Notes under the pieces: model-generated | Database searches by the model: none | The model's input: only the letters and a program-made list of their open reading frames with translations | What the model was told of the DNA's origin: nothing | Program-made: the position numbers and the translations under genes | In this document: in pieces, positions 50,071 through 58,544 of the stretch | Layout of the letters: each line of letters opens with the position of its first letter | Position numbering within the stretch: position 1 is the first letter of the stretch | Origin: Candidatus Eremiobacteria bacterium | GTDB taxonomy: Bacteria; Vulcanimicrobiota; Vulcanimicrobiia; Vulcanimicrobiales; Vulcanimicrobiaceae | Length of the DNA stretch: 64,000 nt | Direction of reading: 5' to 3' | NCBI GenBank assembly: GCA_963737065.1 | Contig: CAVTRC010000001.1 | Location: 1,184,001 to 1,248,000 of the forward strand

Positions 50071-52635
50071 ATGTCCGCCCTGATCGGCCGCGAACGGGAA
50101 ATTGCGACCGCTCTTGGCGCGCTCAAGATCGCCCAATCGACGCCGGTGGCGCGCTGCATCGCCATCGAAGGGCCGCCCGGAATTGGAAAGACCGCGCTGT
50201 TGACCACGATCCGCGAGCAATCGGGCTCGTGGCTTCAATTCGGCACGTCAGCGCATCGGATCCAGCAGACGCTGGCCTTCGGAGTCGTTCGGCGGCTCCT
50301 CGCGGCGCTGTCGGAAGCGCTCGGAGATGAATCCGCCCGCTATACGACCGGACTTGGTGAACTTGACGGCAGTGCAACCGATGGCGGCACGACGCTTTTA
50401 CGTCTGCTCGAGGGCGTAACACTAGATCACCCGGTGCTCATCGCCTTAGATGACGCGCAATGGATCGACGAAGAAAGTGCGACCGCGCTCAACGCGATTT
50501 TGCTCAGTCTCGCTGATCGTCCGCTCGCGCTCCTGACGACCGAACGGATCGATCCGTCGGAACCGCTTTCGCTGCTTGACGCAGCAGTACGCATCAGCCT
50601 CGGTCCCCTCGATCGTCGCGCGGCTATGGGTGCTGCGCGCGCTGAATTTCCGGAGGCACCCGTAGACGTCATCGATGCAATCGTGGCGCACTCCGGCGGA
50701 CATCCGATAGATCTCGTCACCCTCGCTCAATCGGCGCGCGATCGCGCAGCCCGCACTGGGAGTGACGTTGCCGAAAGTTTGAGATCGGTCACGGTTCGCA
50801 ACATCCAATCGCTTCCGGCGCAGCTGCGGGAATTTCTTCAAATCATGTCGCTGCTGAACGAGCCGATCGACTATAACTTGTTGCGCCGAATCTGGCTCGA
50901 CGAAAACCATCTCGTCAATCTCATCACCGCGAGTTCAGAACGCTTTTTAGTACAGGAAAGCACGCACTTGCGGTTCGCACATACCATGCTCGCCGATGCC
51001 GTACTCGAGACGATTCCTGTTACCATTCCAATGCGCCGGCGCATCATCGCTGCACTGCGGAGCGTCTCGAATCCCACGCTGGAAGACCGCTTGCAGATAG
51101 CGGAGCAAGCGCAAGCGTGCGGCGATCGCGACCTTGCGATTACGACCTTAGCCGCGCTTGCGAGCGAAGCGATCGAACGTGGGCAGGTGCGCTTGACGAT
51201 CAGCGTCTCCGAGCAGATGCTGAAAATCGGTGAGCCGCCTGACGACCGGTTCGTACCGTTCTATTCCGGCTACGGCCGCGCGCTACAGTTCATCGATCGC
51301 CTCGATCGCGCGAACGAAGTATTTCAACACGCGTTAGATGAAGCGACGCGGCGGAAATTGCCCGGCGTCGCTGCGCTTGCGGCGCAACTTGTCCTCGCGC
51401 AATGGTTCAACGACGAAAACGAGCGCGCCGTAAAGAACTACGAACGATTTTCAAACCAATTCACCGCGCCGTTCGATCGCGCTGCGCTTCACGCGGCGGG
51501 AATGTGGTTCGCGGCCTGCGACGCCGATATCGCGCGCTTCGAGAAAATCGACGCGGAGTTGACAGCCCTCGACGTTCCACTTCCGCCTGAACTAGCGTTG
51601 CGCCGTCACATCGTTCGCGCGTACATGATGATGCGCGCGGGCAATTTCGTCGAGTCGCGCGCCGCTATATCGCGCGTGGAAGACACCGCGTCGAGCGTTC
51701 CGGACGCGTTGCGGAACTTGGGGCAATTTGCGCGCACGTTCGTCGAACTCTGCTTGCTCGGCGTGCACGAGGCGAATGTCGGCGCGCTGCGAACGCGGCT
51801 GCGCGACGATGAAAACGGTTCGTGGCTCGACTACCTCTATGCGTGGACCGAATTGTTCGCGGGCCGGTATCACGATGCACTGGTCGTCGTCGAAAACGCT
51901 TTACAGCGCTATAGCGATCCCATTCACCGGCGCCGGATGCTGACTCTCGCTGCTGCGCTGAGCGTCATGCAAGACGAACCGAGTTCGTTTTTGTCCTCGA
52001 TCGAGAGCGACGTATCGCGCTTACTCACAGGTGAGCGCGGTGTGTGGTTCATGCCGCTCGCATCGTGGGCGTCACTCCTGCCGCGGACGTCCGAATCGCG
52101 CGCTCGGGTGCTCTCACGGATCGTTCTCACACATCTCTCGAAGCCCAGCGATCCACTCGTTATTACGCTCGCGACGCCAATTGCACTTAGCGCGCGTAAA
52201 CGCGGCGACACGGAGCTGCTCGAAGCACTCGCTCAACCCGAAGGGCTGTGGGATGATAAACGACCGCTCATCGCCGCCGAACTCGCGCTCGCGCGTGCGC
52301 TCGCGCGCGAGGGACTGGGGCGCGCTCCCGCACGCGATGTGGACGACGCATGCGACGAGTGCCGCAATCTTGGGCTGTCGGCAATCGTCGAGCTCGTTTC
52401 GCGCTCGGCGCAAAAGACAAGCGCGCTGAAAGCGGAGGCGAAATCTCCGCTTACGGCTCGCGAACGGCAGATCGCAAGGCTCGTTGCGCAAGGTATGTCG
52501 AACCGCGAGATCGCCGAGCAGCTTGTGTTGAGCGAACGCACCGTTGAAGGCCACATCGCCAACATTTTCAGCAAACTCAACCTCTCGTCGCGCACCCAAA
52601 TTGCGGCTTGGGTGTTGCGCGCTACGACTGCATAG
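50071..52635 (+). CDS. Large ATP-binding LuxR-family (LAL/MalT-like) regulator
   Basis: LIGRERE, Walker A GPPGIGKT, Walker B LDDAQWID and a C-terminal LTARERQIARLVAQGMSNREIA HTH. Confidence 0.93.
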   Translation: MSALIGREREIATALGALKIAQSTPVARCIAIEGPPGIGKTALLTTIREQSGSWLQFGTSAHRIQQTLAFGVVRRLLAALSEALGDESARYTTGLGELDGSATDGGTTLLRLLEGVTLDHPVLIALDDAQWIDEESATALNAILLSLADRPLALLTTERIDPSEPLSLLDAAVRISLGPLDRRAAMGAARAEFPEAPVDVIDAIVAHSGGHPIDLVTLAQSARDRAARTGSDVAESLRSVTVRNIQSLPAQLREFLQIMSLLNEPIDYNLLRRIWLDENHLVNLITASSERFLVQESTHLRFAHTMLADAVLETIPVTIPMRRRIIAALRSVSNPTLEDRLQIAEQAQACGDRDLAITTLAALASEAIERGQVRLTISVSEQMLKIGEPPDDRFVPFYSGYGRALQFIDRLDRANEVFQHALDEATRRKLPGVAALAAQLVLAQWFNDENERAVKNYERFSNQFTAPFDRAALHAAGMWFAACDADIARFEKIDAELTALDVPLPPELALRRHIVRAYMMMRAGNFVESRAAISRVEDTASSVPDALRNLGQFARTFVELCLLGVHEANVGALRTRLRDDENGSWLDYLYAWTELFAGRYHDALVVVENALQRYSDPIHRRRMLTLAAALSVMQDEPSSFLSSIESDVSRLLTGERGVWFMPLASWASLLPRTSESRARVLSRIVLTHLSKPSDPLVITLATPIALSARKRGDTELLEALAQPEGLWDDKRPLIAAELALARALAREGLGRAPARDVDDACDECRNLGLSAIVELVSRSAQKTSALKAEAKSPLTARERQIARLVAQGMSNREIAEQLVLSERTVEGHIANIFSKLNLSSRTQIAAWVLRATTA

Positions 52636-52900
52636 TGTATGCGAACCCGACGGCGCGCGGCGCGTTCGCCTGTTCGCCAGTCAGTTTCGCATGCTCGTCC
52701 TGCAGATTCTCTTCCGCGTATTGACGCATCTGTTCCATGTCGGCGTCGCTCGGCGGCTGCGAGAGGCCAAGCGTTGTTTGAATCAATTCTTTGAGTGCAG
52801 CAGAATCGTTTTGTGCGGCTTGCCACTTCGCGAATGTACCGGGATCGCGGAGTGCGTGCATAAATCCGGCCGCGATTGCGGCGTGTTGGACCGTGGCCAT
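52622..52900 (-). CDS. Candidate RiPP precursor or substrate peptide (92 aa)
   Basis: GAGGA SD 4 nt before the ATG. Helical acidic leader with an ALRDPxxF motif and C-terminal PRAVGFAYTMQS. Last gene of the ycaO-methyltransferase string. Confidence 0.65.
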   Translation of the reverse strand: MATVQHAAIAAGFMHALRDPGTFAKWQAAQNDSAALKELIQTTLGLSQPPSDADMEQMRQYAEENLQDEHAKLTGEQANAPRAVGFAYTMQS

Positions 52901-52964
52901 AGTGTCCTCATAAGTGAAGGGGTGTTCGGGTCTCTGACACCTATCGGGGAATCGGTTCGGCGAG

Positions 52965-53819
52965 TTAGCGCGCTACGATGATTCGCATCGATTCGCGATA
53001 GAGAATCGTGCGGTCACCGGCCCACTCCGTGAGCCGTTCATATACGCGCATGCGCGCATCCTCTGGCAACGTACCAACGTAGTACAAAAGACCCATGCGG
53101 CGCCGGAGAATGTCGATTCCGACAGCACGTTGGACCGTAAAATCATCGATCCGAACGTCGGAGAAGCCGCAGTCATGGAGCATGCTTTCCAACGTTTGCG
53201 TGGCGAAGATACGCGGGTCGCCCGGGTTGACCGGCGCGTAATCCGGATAGATTTCACGCACCCACCCGCGTATGGACTGCAACAACTGCATTGTGATTTC
53301 CGATGGGAGAGGCGGACGCGGGACGACGAAAGCAAAAACTCCCCGTTGTCGCAACACGCGGCGCACTTGCTGCAACGCCGCGTTTACATCACGGATCAGC
53401 ATCACGACGAGATGAGACGCCACTGCATCGAACGCATCGTTCGTGAAAGGCATTGACTCGGCCGCAGCAACAACGAGATCGTCAACGTTCGCAGCTGGAA
53501 GTCGCCGCTGCGCGCGCGCGATCTCTCCCGGCGAAAGATCGATACCGCTCACGCGAATCGCCCGATGCCGCGCGATCAGTTGCTCGAGCAGTACGCCATC
53601 GCCGCAACCGATATCCAACACGCGACCCCGGGAGACATCCACGGCGTCGACGAGGCGACCGTAGCTCGTCCGTCCGCGTTCGTCAACGAAACCTTCGAGG
53701 ACGCGCTCAGTGACGGACCGGCGCTCATCGTGAAACGCGCGGTGGTACTCGTCGAAATACTCAGGACGCGGAGCTTTGCCGGAAAGCACCGCCCGCATAA
53801 CGTCGCTCTCGTTGCTCAT
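52965..53819 (-). CDS. Class I SAM-dependent methyltransferase
   Basis: VLDIGCGDG, GIDLS, MPFTNDAFDAV and RRVLRQRG motifs. Start uncertain (53819 or 53849). Confidence 0.9.
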   Translation of the reverse strand: MSNESDVMRAVLSGKAPRPEYFDEYHRAFHDERRSVTERVLEGFVDERGRTSYGRLVDAVDVSRGRVLDIGCGDGVLLEQLIARHRAIRVSGIDLSPGEIARAQRRLPAANVDDLVVAAAESMPFTNDAFDAVASHLVVMLIRDVNAALQQVRRVLRQRGVFAFVVPRPPLPSEITMQLLQSIRGWVREIYPDYAPVNPGDPRIFATQTLESMLHDCGFSDVRIDDFTVQRAVGIDILRRRMGLLYYVGTLPEDARMRVYERLTEWAGDRTILYRESMRIIVAR

Positions 53820-53934
53820 AGAAACGCAAACGGAAGATGCCTCATGCATCTCCCATTCACTGTTCGCGGGATATAGCCTTAGCGCGCGGCCGTCAAACGC
53901 GGGTGACACGGATACGGGTAAGGACGTTGCTGCT

Positions 53935-55887
53935 TTAGCGCAGCGCGAACGGATTAAGGAGCGCACGTGCGCGCGGTCCCAAGTGCCCCGTGAAGATCAC
54001 GTGTTCTAGGCGCGGAACGATCGTTCGCACAACGCTGATCGGCACGTCGGGTGGCGCCAGGTCCACCGCGACCGCGCTCGTGATGCCGTATTGTGAAAGC
54101 GACCGTAACGTCGCGCGAAGATCGTCCGCAAGATCGTCCGTCGTGCGGTCGGGGATCTGATCGAGCGCTTTGCGCGGCGTCGGCATGTCGAAGTACCAGG
54201 CGTCCCTCGGCAACGACTCGAGTCTTCGCGCATGCGAACCCGAGATTCCCGCGTCTTCGCCAACCCGCAAAATATCTTCCCGTGCAGCCTGAATGTCGAC
54301 GACACGGCTTTGCACGCACTCCGTAAGCGCGCGCGTGAGCGCATGTGCCGGCGATAGCGCGCAACCTAACCCGATATGCGCCATCGGCGGCGTCACGCCC
54401 GGCTCGCTTACGGTTGCAAGCACGGTCAAAGGCAATGGCCCTTCTTCAAGGGCGAGCGCGCGGACCGTCAGGCCGGCGTCATGAATATTTTGAACGAGTC
54501 CGTCGATCGAGGCAATGCCGGTGGGAAACGTGATCTCCGGTGCCAACGGCAAATCCTTCGCCGCCTCGCCCAAGAAGAAACGCGGCACAATCGAACATTT
54601 GACGTGGAACATGCACCAGATGTGGCGTTCGATCAGCTCGCACAGCGCGTGATAGATCGCTTCGGTTAGGTTATTCCCTGAAGCCAGTCCGTTGGTTGAC
54701 GTGATATCGAAAAGACGGTCGCCGAACCATGGACACTGCACCATCGCAACCGGGACGGGAATCGCGTCGCCCGAGATCAGTTCGGTTCCGAGCACGCAAT
54801 CGACGACGAGCTCGCGGGCATCCGAGCGTAAACCGGTCGCTTCGAGATCCATACGCTCGCCGACGATCCGCAAGGACTCGCGAAAGACCGGAAGGCGCAC
54901 GACCGATCCGATTTGACGTTCCGTCGCTTCCATCACCGCACTGGCAATGGCGGCATCAGAGGTCACGCCCTTACCGTTGTAGACGCCGAGTAAATCGACG
55001 GAATGCGGCACGAGCGCTGAGTACGTGGGAATGCCGGTCCGATCCAGATACGTGGTGTCGGCGACGCGCGTAATTCCATAACATTCGCGCAAGCGTGGCA
55101 ATACCGCGAGCGTCGCTTCAAACGGTACGGCGCGATCGTACGTGCCCGGCGCTTTGGGAACCGATTGCGGGAGCACGATCGGCGAGGTATCGATGGAGTC
55201 ATGCTGTGCGATGGCGCGCACCGTTGGTGACGCGGCGTGCGATCGCGGCGCGGCGGCGGTGCGCTCGATAAAGCGCAACACTGTGCGCATCGCAAAACGC
55301 GCATCCCAACGCTTGAGATCGCCATGCGCCCGCGCGATGGAGATGAACGCTTCCCGTGCATGCAGCGGGACGCATTCATAAACGTCCTCCCACGTACGGT
55401 CCATATAGAAGATTCGTCGCGCCCGGTCAATGAGTACATCGTGTTCCGCCCGCGTCATCGCAGCGCAGCGATATAACAAACGCGCGACATGCCGGACATT
55501 GACCATCGGGACGGTAAGCGACTCAAATGTTTCGGGATGCGTGAGCAGCGCCACTTCATCGTCGCCGTCGATCTTCTCAGCAACGTACCAGTTCGCGATC
55601 GCACCAAGCGGCGTGAAGCCGTACGGCGCGCACTCGGCCGCACGCAATGCACCCATGCTCGACGCACCAAACATTCGCGCGTGAAGCGTCGCTGCGTAGC
55701 ATTCCTTGGGCGAAGGCGCAAGATCGTGATGAAAGACGCCGTCGATCAGAAGAACCGCGTCGTATTCTTTTGCGGCCGCAAAGACATCGTTGCGCGACGC
55801 GGGCGGCAGATAGACTAATTCGTCGCGTCCGATTCGATCGCACGGCGGTAACGATGGGCCGCAAAAAACCGCGACGCGTTTCTCCAC
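53935..55887 (-). CDS. TfuA-YcaO fusion protein (putative peptide backbone thioamidation enzyme)
   Basis: N-terminal TfuA: VFCGPSL, LPPASRND, LIDGVF, PKE, GASSMGALRAAEC, DDEVAL, VPMVNVR. C-terminal YcaO: GITRVADTTYLDRTGIP, GKG, SAVMEATER, STNGLASGN, ELIERH, RALTECVQSR, VVRTIVPRLE. One uninterrupted frame. Confidence 0.93.
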   Translation of the reverse strand: MEKRVAVFCGPSLPPCDRIGRDELVYLPPASRNDVFAAAKEYDAVLLIDGVFHHDLAPSPKECYAATLHARMFGASSMGALRAAECAPYGFTPLGAIANWYVAEKIDGDDEVALLTHPETFESLTVPMVNVRHVARLLYRCAAMTRAEHDVLIDRARRIFYMDRTWEDVYECVPLHAREAFISIARAHGDLKRWDARFAMRTVLRFIERTAAAPRSHAASPTVRAIAQHDSIDTSPIVLPQSVPKAPGTYDRAVPFEATLAVLPRLRECYGITRVADTTYLDRTGIPTYSALVPHSVDLLGVYNGKGVTSDAAIASAVMEATERQIGSVVRLPVFRESLRIVGERMDLEATGLRSDARELVVDCVLGTELISGDAIPVPVAMVQCPWFGDRLFDITSTNGLASGNNLTEAIYHALCELIERHIWCMFHVKCSIVPRFFLGEAAKDLPLAPEITFPTGIASIDGLVQNIHDAGLTVRALALEEGPLPLTVLATVSEPGVTPPMAHIGLGCALSPAHALTRALTECVQSRVVDIQAAREDILRVGEDAGISGSHARRLESLPRDAWYFDMPTPRKALDQIPDRTTDDLADDLRATLRSLSQYGITSAVAVDLAPPDVPISVVRTIVPRLEHVIFTGHLGPRARALLNPFALR

Positions 55888-55890
55888 TAT

Positions 55891-55929
55891 AAAAAGACCC
55901 CCACCGATGTCATCTACACCGGCGGAGGT
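55891..55929 (-). terminator. Intrinsic terminator after the 55960..56253 gene
   Basis: Minus strand ACCTCCGCCGGTGT-agatg-ACATCGGTGGGGGT followed by CTTTTT. Confidence 0.75.
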
Positions 55930-55959
55930 AAAGTGTAACGGCTACGCGGCACTACGGTT

Positions 55960-56253
55960 TTACGGTCGGGTTGTCGACATCGGTGACGGGGTTTTCATCG
56001 ACCCCGAACTCGTGCCGGTGCTCGGACTCGCCATCGCTCCGGGCGTCGCTTTGGGATTGGGCGAACCGCAGTTGCCGTTCGGAGTCATCGTGCCCGGCAT
56101 TTCGGAAGTGCTGCTGGTTTGAGCGCCCGAACTCGGGGAGGGACATGGAGAAGCCGTAGATCCTGAGGTCGTTTGAGCATTTGCCGTTACGCCGAGTGCG
56201 CCCGCAAGAACGAACGCGCCGGCGATAGCGGCGCTTCTAAGCCAATTCTTCAT
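55960..56253 (-). CDS. Small secreted Ser/Pro/Thr-rich protein
   Basis: Signal peptide MKNWLRSAAIAGAFVLAGALGVTANA followed by a low-complexity SPSP tail. Confidence 0.7.
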   Translation of the reverse strand: MKNWLRSAAIAGAFVLAGALGVTANAQTTSGSTASPCPSPSSGAQTSSTSEMPGTMTPNGNCGSPNPKATPGAMASPSTGTSSGSMKTPSPMSTTRP

Positions 56254-56319
56254 AGCGGGCCGGTACCCGCGCTTTGCGCCGCAGTAACGCAGCTGCGCCT
56301 CGCTCGGCGGCTATGCCGC

Positions 56320-56793
56320 TTACGCGCGATCTTCCCCGCCCGCGGATTCGTTCAAGACGCGTTCGATGGCAGCTTGGACGCGTTCGAATCCTTTGCCGCC
56401 TGCCTGAAAATGGCGTAGCTCATGCGCGCGATCGAACACGTAGAATGCGGGGACGAATTGATTTTCGAAACGATCGACGATCGTGTGCGCATTGTCGATC
56501 GCGACCGGCTGCGTCAGCTGCATGTGCTCGTTCGCATCTTTGGTCACCGCATCGACGTCGAGTTCGTCTTCGGATCGCGGCTGGTGCACCGCGACGAACG
56601 CAACGCCGCGATCGGCGAACGTGTCGCGCCACGCTGCGAATTGGCCGGCGGTGTCGTGGCACATAACGCAACTTTGCGACCAAAATGAAACGACGACCGG
56701 AAGTCCGCGCAGCTCTTCAGCTTTGGGCTCGCCGTTGACCCACGCGCTAACGCCCTCCAATGAAGGCAGAGTGCTTCGCATCCGCAGTGTCAT
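56320..56793 (-). CDS. TlpA-like redoxin
   Basis: FWSQSCVMC, VHQPR and FENQFVPAFYVFD motifs. Confidence 0.88.
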   Translation of the reverse strand: MTLRMRSTLPSLEGVSAWVNGEPKAEELRGLPVVVSFWSQSCVMCHDTAGQFAAWRDTFADRGVAFVAVHQPRSEDELDVDAVTKDANEHMQLTQPVAIDNAHTIVDRFENQFVPAFYVFDRAHELRHFQAGGKGFERVQAAIERVLNESAGGEDRA

Positions 56794-57348
56794 TTATGCC
56801 TTTTGGAGCAGCGCTTTGCCGGGCTTCCATTCGGCCGGGCACAGACCGCCGGTTTGCAGCGCCTGGAGCACCCGAAGCGTTTCATCGACGCTGCGGCCGA
56901 CGTTGTCGTCCGTCACGACGGCATATTTCAAATCGCCTTCCGGATCGATGATGAAGAGCCCGCGCTGCGCGACGCCGGTTTTTTCATCGAGCACGCCGTA
57001 CGCGCGCGCGGTTTCTTTCGTGAAGTCCGAAAGGAGCGGGAATTTCGTCCCCGCAATGCCGTTCTTTTCACGCGGCGTATTGAGCCACGCCCAGTGTGAG
57101 AACACGGAGTCGACGGACGCGCCGAGGATCTCGCAGTCGAATTCCTTGAACTCGTCGCAGCGATCCGATAACGCGGTAATTTCCGTCGGGCAGACGAACG
57201 TGAAGTCGAGCGGATAGAAGAAAAAGACCAACCATTTGCCGCGATAGTCGGTGAGCTTGACCTCTTTGCCGAGGTCTCTTGCTCCGGTCGCGTCTTTCGT
57301 GCTCGCGAGGTTGAAATCGGGTGCCGGTTTACCGACTTGCGCCAACAT
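56794..57348 (-). CDS. ahpC: 2-Cys peroxiredoxin (AhpC/TSA)
   Basis: FYPLDFTFVCPTE, RGLFIIDP, VGRSVDETLR and CPAEW motifs. Confidence 0.95.
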   Translation of the reverse strand: MLAQVGKPAPDFNLASTKDATGARDLGKEVKLTDYRGKWLVFFFYPLDFTFVCPTEITALSDRCDEFKEFDCEILGASVDSVFSHWAWLNTPREKNGIAGTKFPLLSDFTKETARAYGVLDEKTGVAQRGLFIIDPEGDLKYAVVTDDNVGRSVDETLRVLQALQTGGLCPAEWKPGKALLQKA

Positions 57349-57483
57349 TGAGATTCGTTCCACTTTCTACATCGGGAAGTAACGAGCTGCGGCCGCATGA
57401 ACCGGCCCGCACTCGAAGTTTGCGAATCCGAATGTACGCAAATCCGGGCGTCCGCGAAAATGACTTTCAGCGCAGACCCGCAA

Positions 57484-57507
57484 TAATGTCGCACGTTATC
57501 GACATAA
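57484..57507. other. Palindromic recombinase-type site TAATGTCGC-N7-CGACATAA (copy 1)
   Basis: An inverted second copy is at 58139-58162. Confidence 0.55.
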
Positions 57508-57561
57508 CGTAGTACGCCTCAATGCCATACACTGAGCATGGGGGCGGTTTATTCTTAGGGC

Positions 57562-57954
57562 ATGGAACCGCCAAAAACTCTCCTCGAAGCTGTTCGCATG
57601 TTCTCCGATCCGAACGAAGCGCATCGGTACTTCGCCTCAATCCGCTGGGCTCACGCCGTGGCCTGCCCCCGGATCGGGTACGGATCAGCCGATGTTCGGG
57701 AGATTCGCGGAAGGCGGCCTCGATGGTTCTGCCGCGACTGTAAGCGGCAGCTCACAGCCAAGGTCGGCACGATTTTTCAGGATAGCTCCATCGGCTTCGA
57801 TAAGTGGCTCCGGGCCGTATGGCTCCTTACCGCCTGCCGCAACGGCGTGTCGTCCTATGAAGTCCACCGTGATCTTGGTGTGACCCAGAAGACAGCTGGT
57901 TTATGCTTCACCGTATCCGTCACGCGCTTAGTAGTAAGACGTTCGAAAAGCTAA
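57562..57954 (+). pseudogene. IS1595-family transposase, N-terminal remnant
   Basis: Zn ribbon RW...CP...CRDCKRQ, GTIFQDS and GVSSYEVHRDLGVTQKTA, then a frameshift. No DDE domain. Confidence 0.85.
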
Positions 57955-58138
57955 ACCGACTGTAGACACTCGCGGATGGAGGCCGGTTGATACACCGCCC
58001 GCTGGCATCGTCCCATCCTGGGACCTTCCGCCGCCCAGCGCGACACCGTGAACGAACGCGGTTCGCGCGACTCTACGATCAGCCTACCGCTCCCATTTCC
58101 GGCTTTCTAAGGTCGAGCGGCGCGAGGCGTCTAGTATA

Positions 58139-58162
58139 TTATGTCGCGTACTGGCGACATTA
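58139..58162. other. Palindromic recombinase-type site (copy 2, inverted)
   Basis: TTATGTCG-cgtactg-GCGACATTA. Confidence 0.55.
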
Positions 58163-58238
58163 CTGATTTGACGCAAACGGGGCGACCAGACCTTAAGCTA
58201 GCTCACGGTTGCTGTTTCGTGGTATTGCTCCTTTGATC

Positions 58239-58267
58239 TTGACCATAGCTTGGTACCATGGTACCAT
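58239..58267 (+). promoter_or_regulatory. Sigma70-type promoter with an overlapping palindromic operator for the TA pair
   Basis: TTGACC (58239-44), 17-bp spacer, TACCAT (58262-67). Perfect 16-bp palindrome TGGTACCATGGTACCA at 58251-58266. Confidence 0.7.
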
Positions 58268-58324
58268 ATCAGCATGGGCGACCGGGGGGTCACCTATCCT
58301 CAGTCCTCTAAACGGGAGACAACC

Positions 58325-58543
58325 ATGGCACTGAAACAGATCAATATTCGAGTCGATGAGGAAACGGCGGAGCAACTCAAGCTTCGCGCCACCATTGAAA
58401 AGCGGTCCGTCAACGAGATCGTTGGGGAATCTCTGCGCGAATATTCGAAGCGCCACCCCGTTTCGCGCAAAGACATGCTCGCTATGGTGCGGGCCATTGC
58501 GCGTGAGGATGAATCGTTATTGGAAGAGTTGAGAAAAGGCTAG
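58325..58543 (+). CDS. Ribbon-helix-helix (Arc-like) antitoxin
   Basis: KQINIRVDEE...LKLRA..EKRSVNEIV motif, GGGAGA SD, directly upstream of the Doc-like gene. Confidence 0.8.
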   Translation: MALKQINIRVDEETAEQLKLRATIEKRSVNEIVGESLREYSKRHPVSRKDMLAMVRAIAREDESLLEELRKG

Positions 58544-58544
58544 A

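Noticed and set aside
53935..55887. Azol(in)e-forming (TOMM/LAP) cyclodehydratase
   Set aside because: No E1-like partner, dehydrogenase or PxPxP tail, and TfuA points to thioamidation.
55960..56253. Ser/Thr/Cys-containing small ORF as the YcaO precursor
   Set aside because: It has a Sec signal peptide and a low-complexity tail, and a terminator separates it from tfuA-ycaO. The 52622..52900 ORF fits better.
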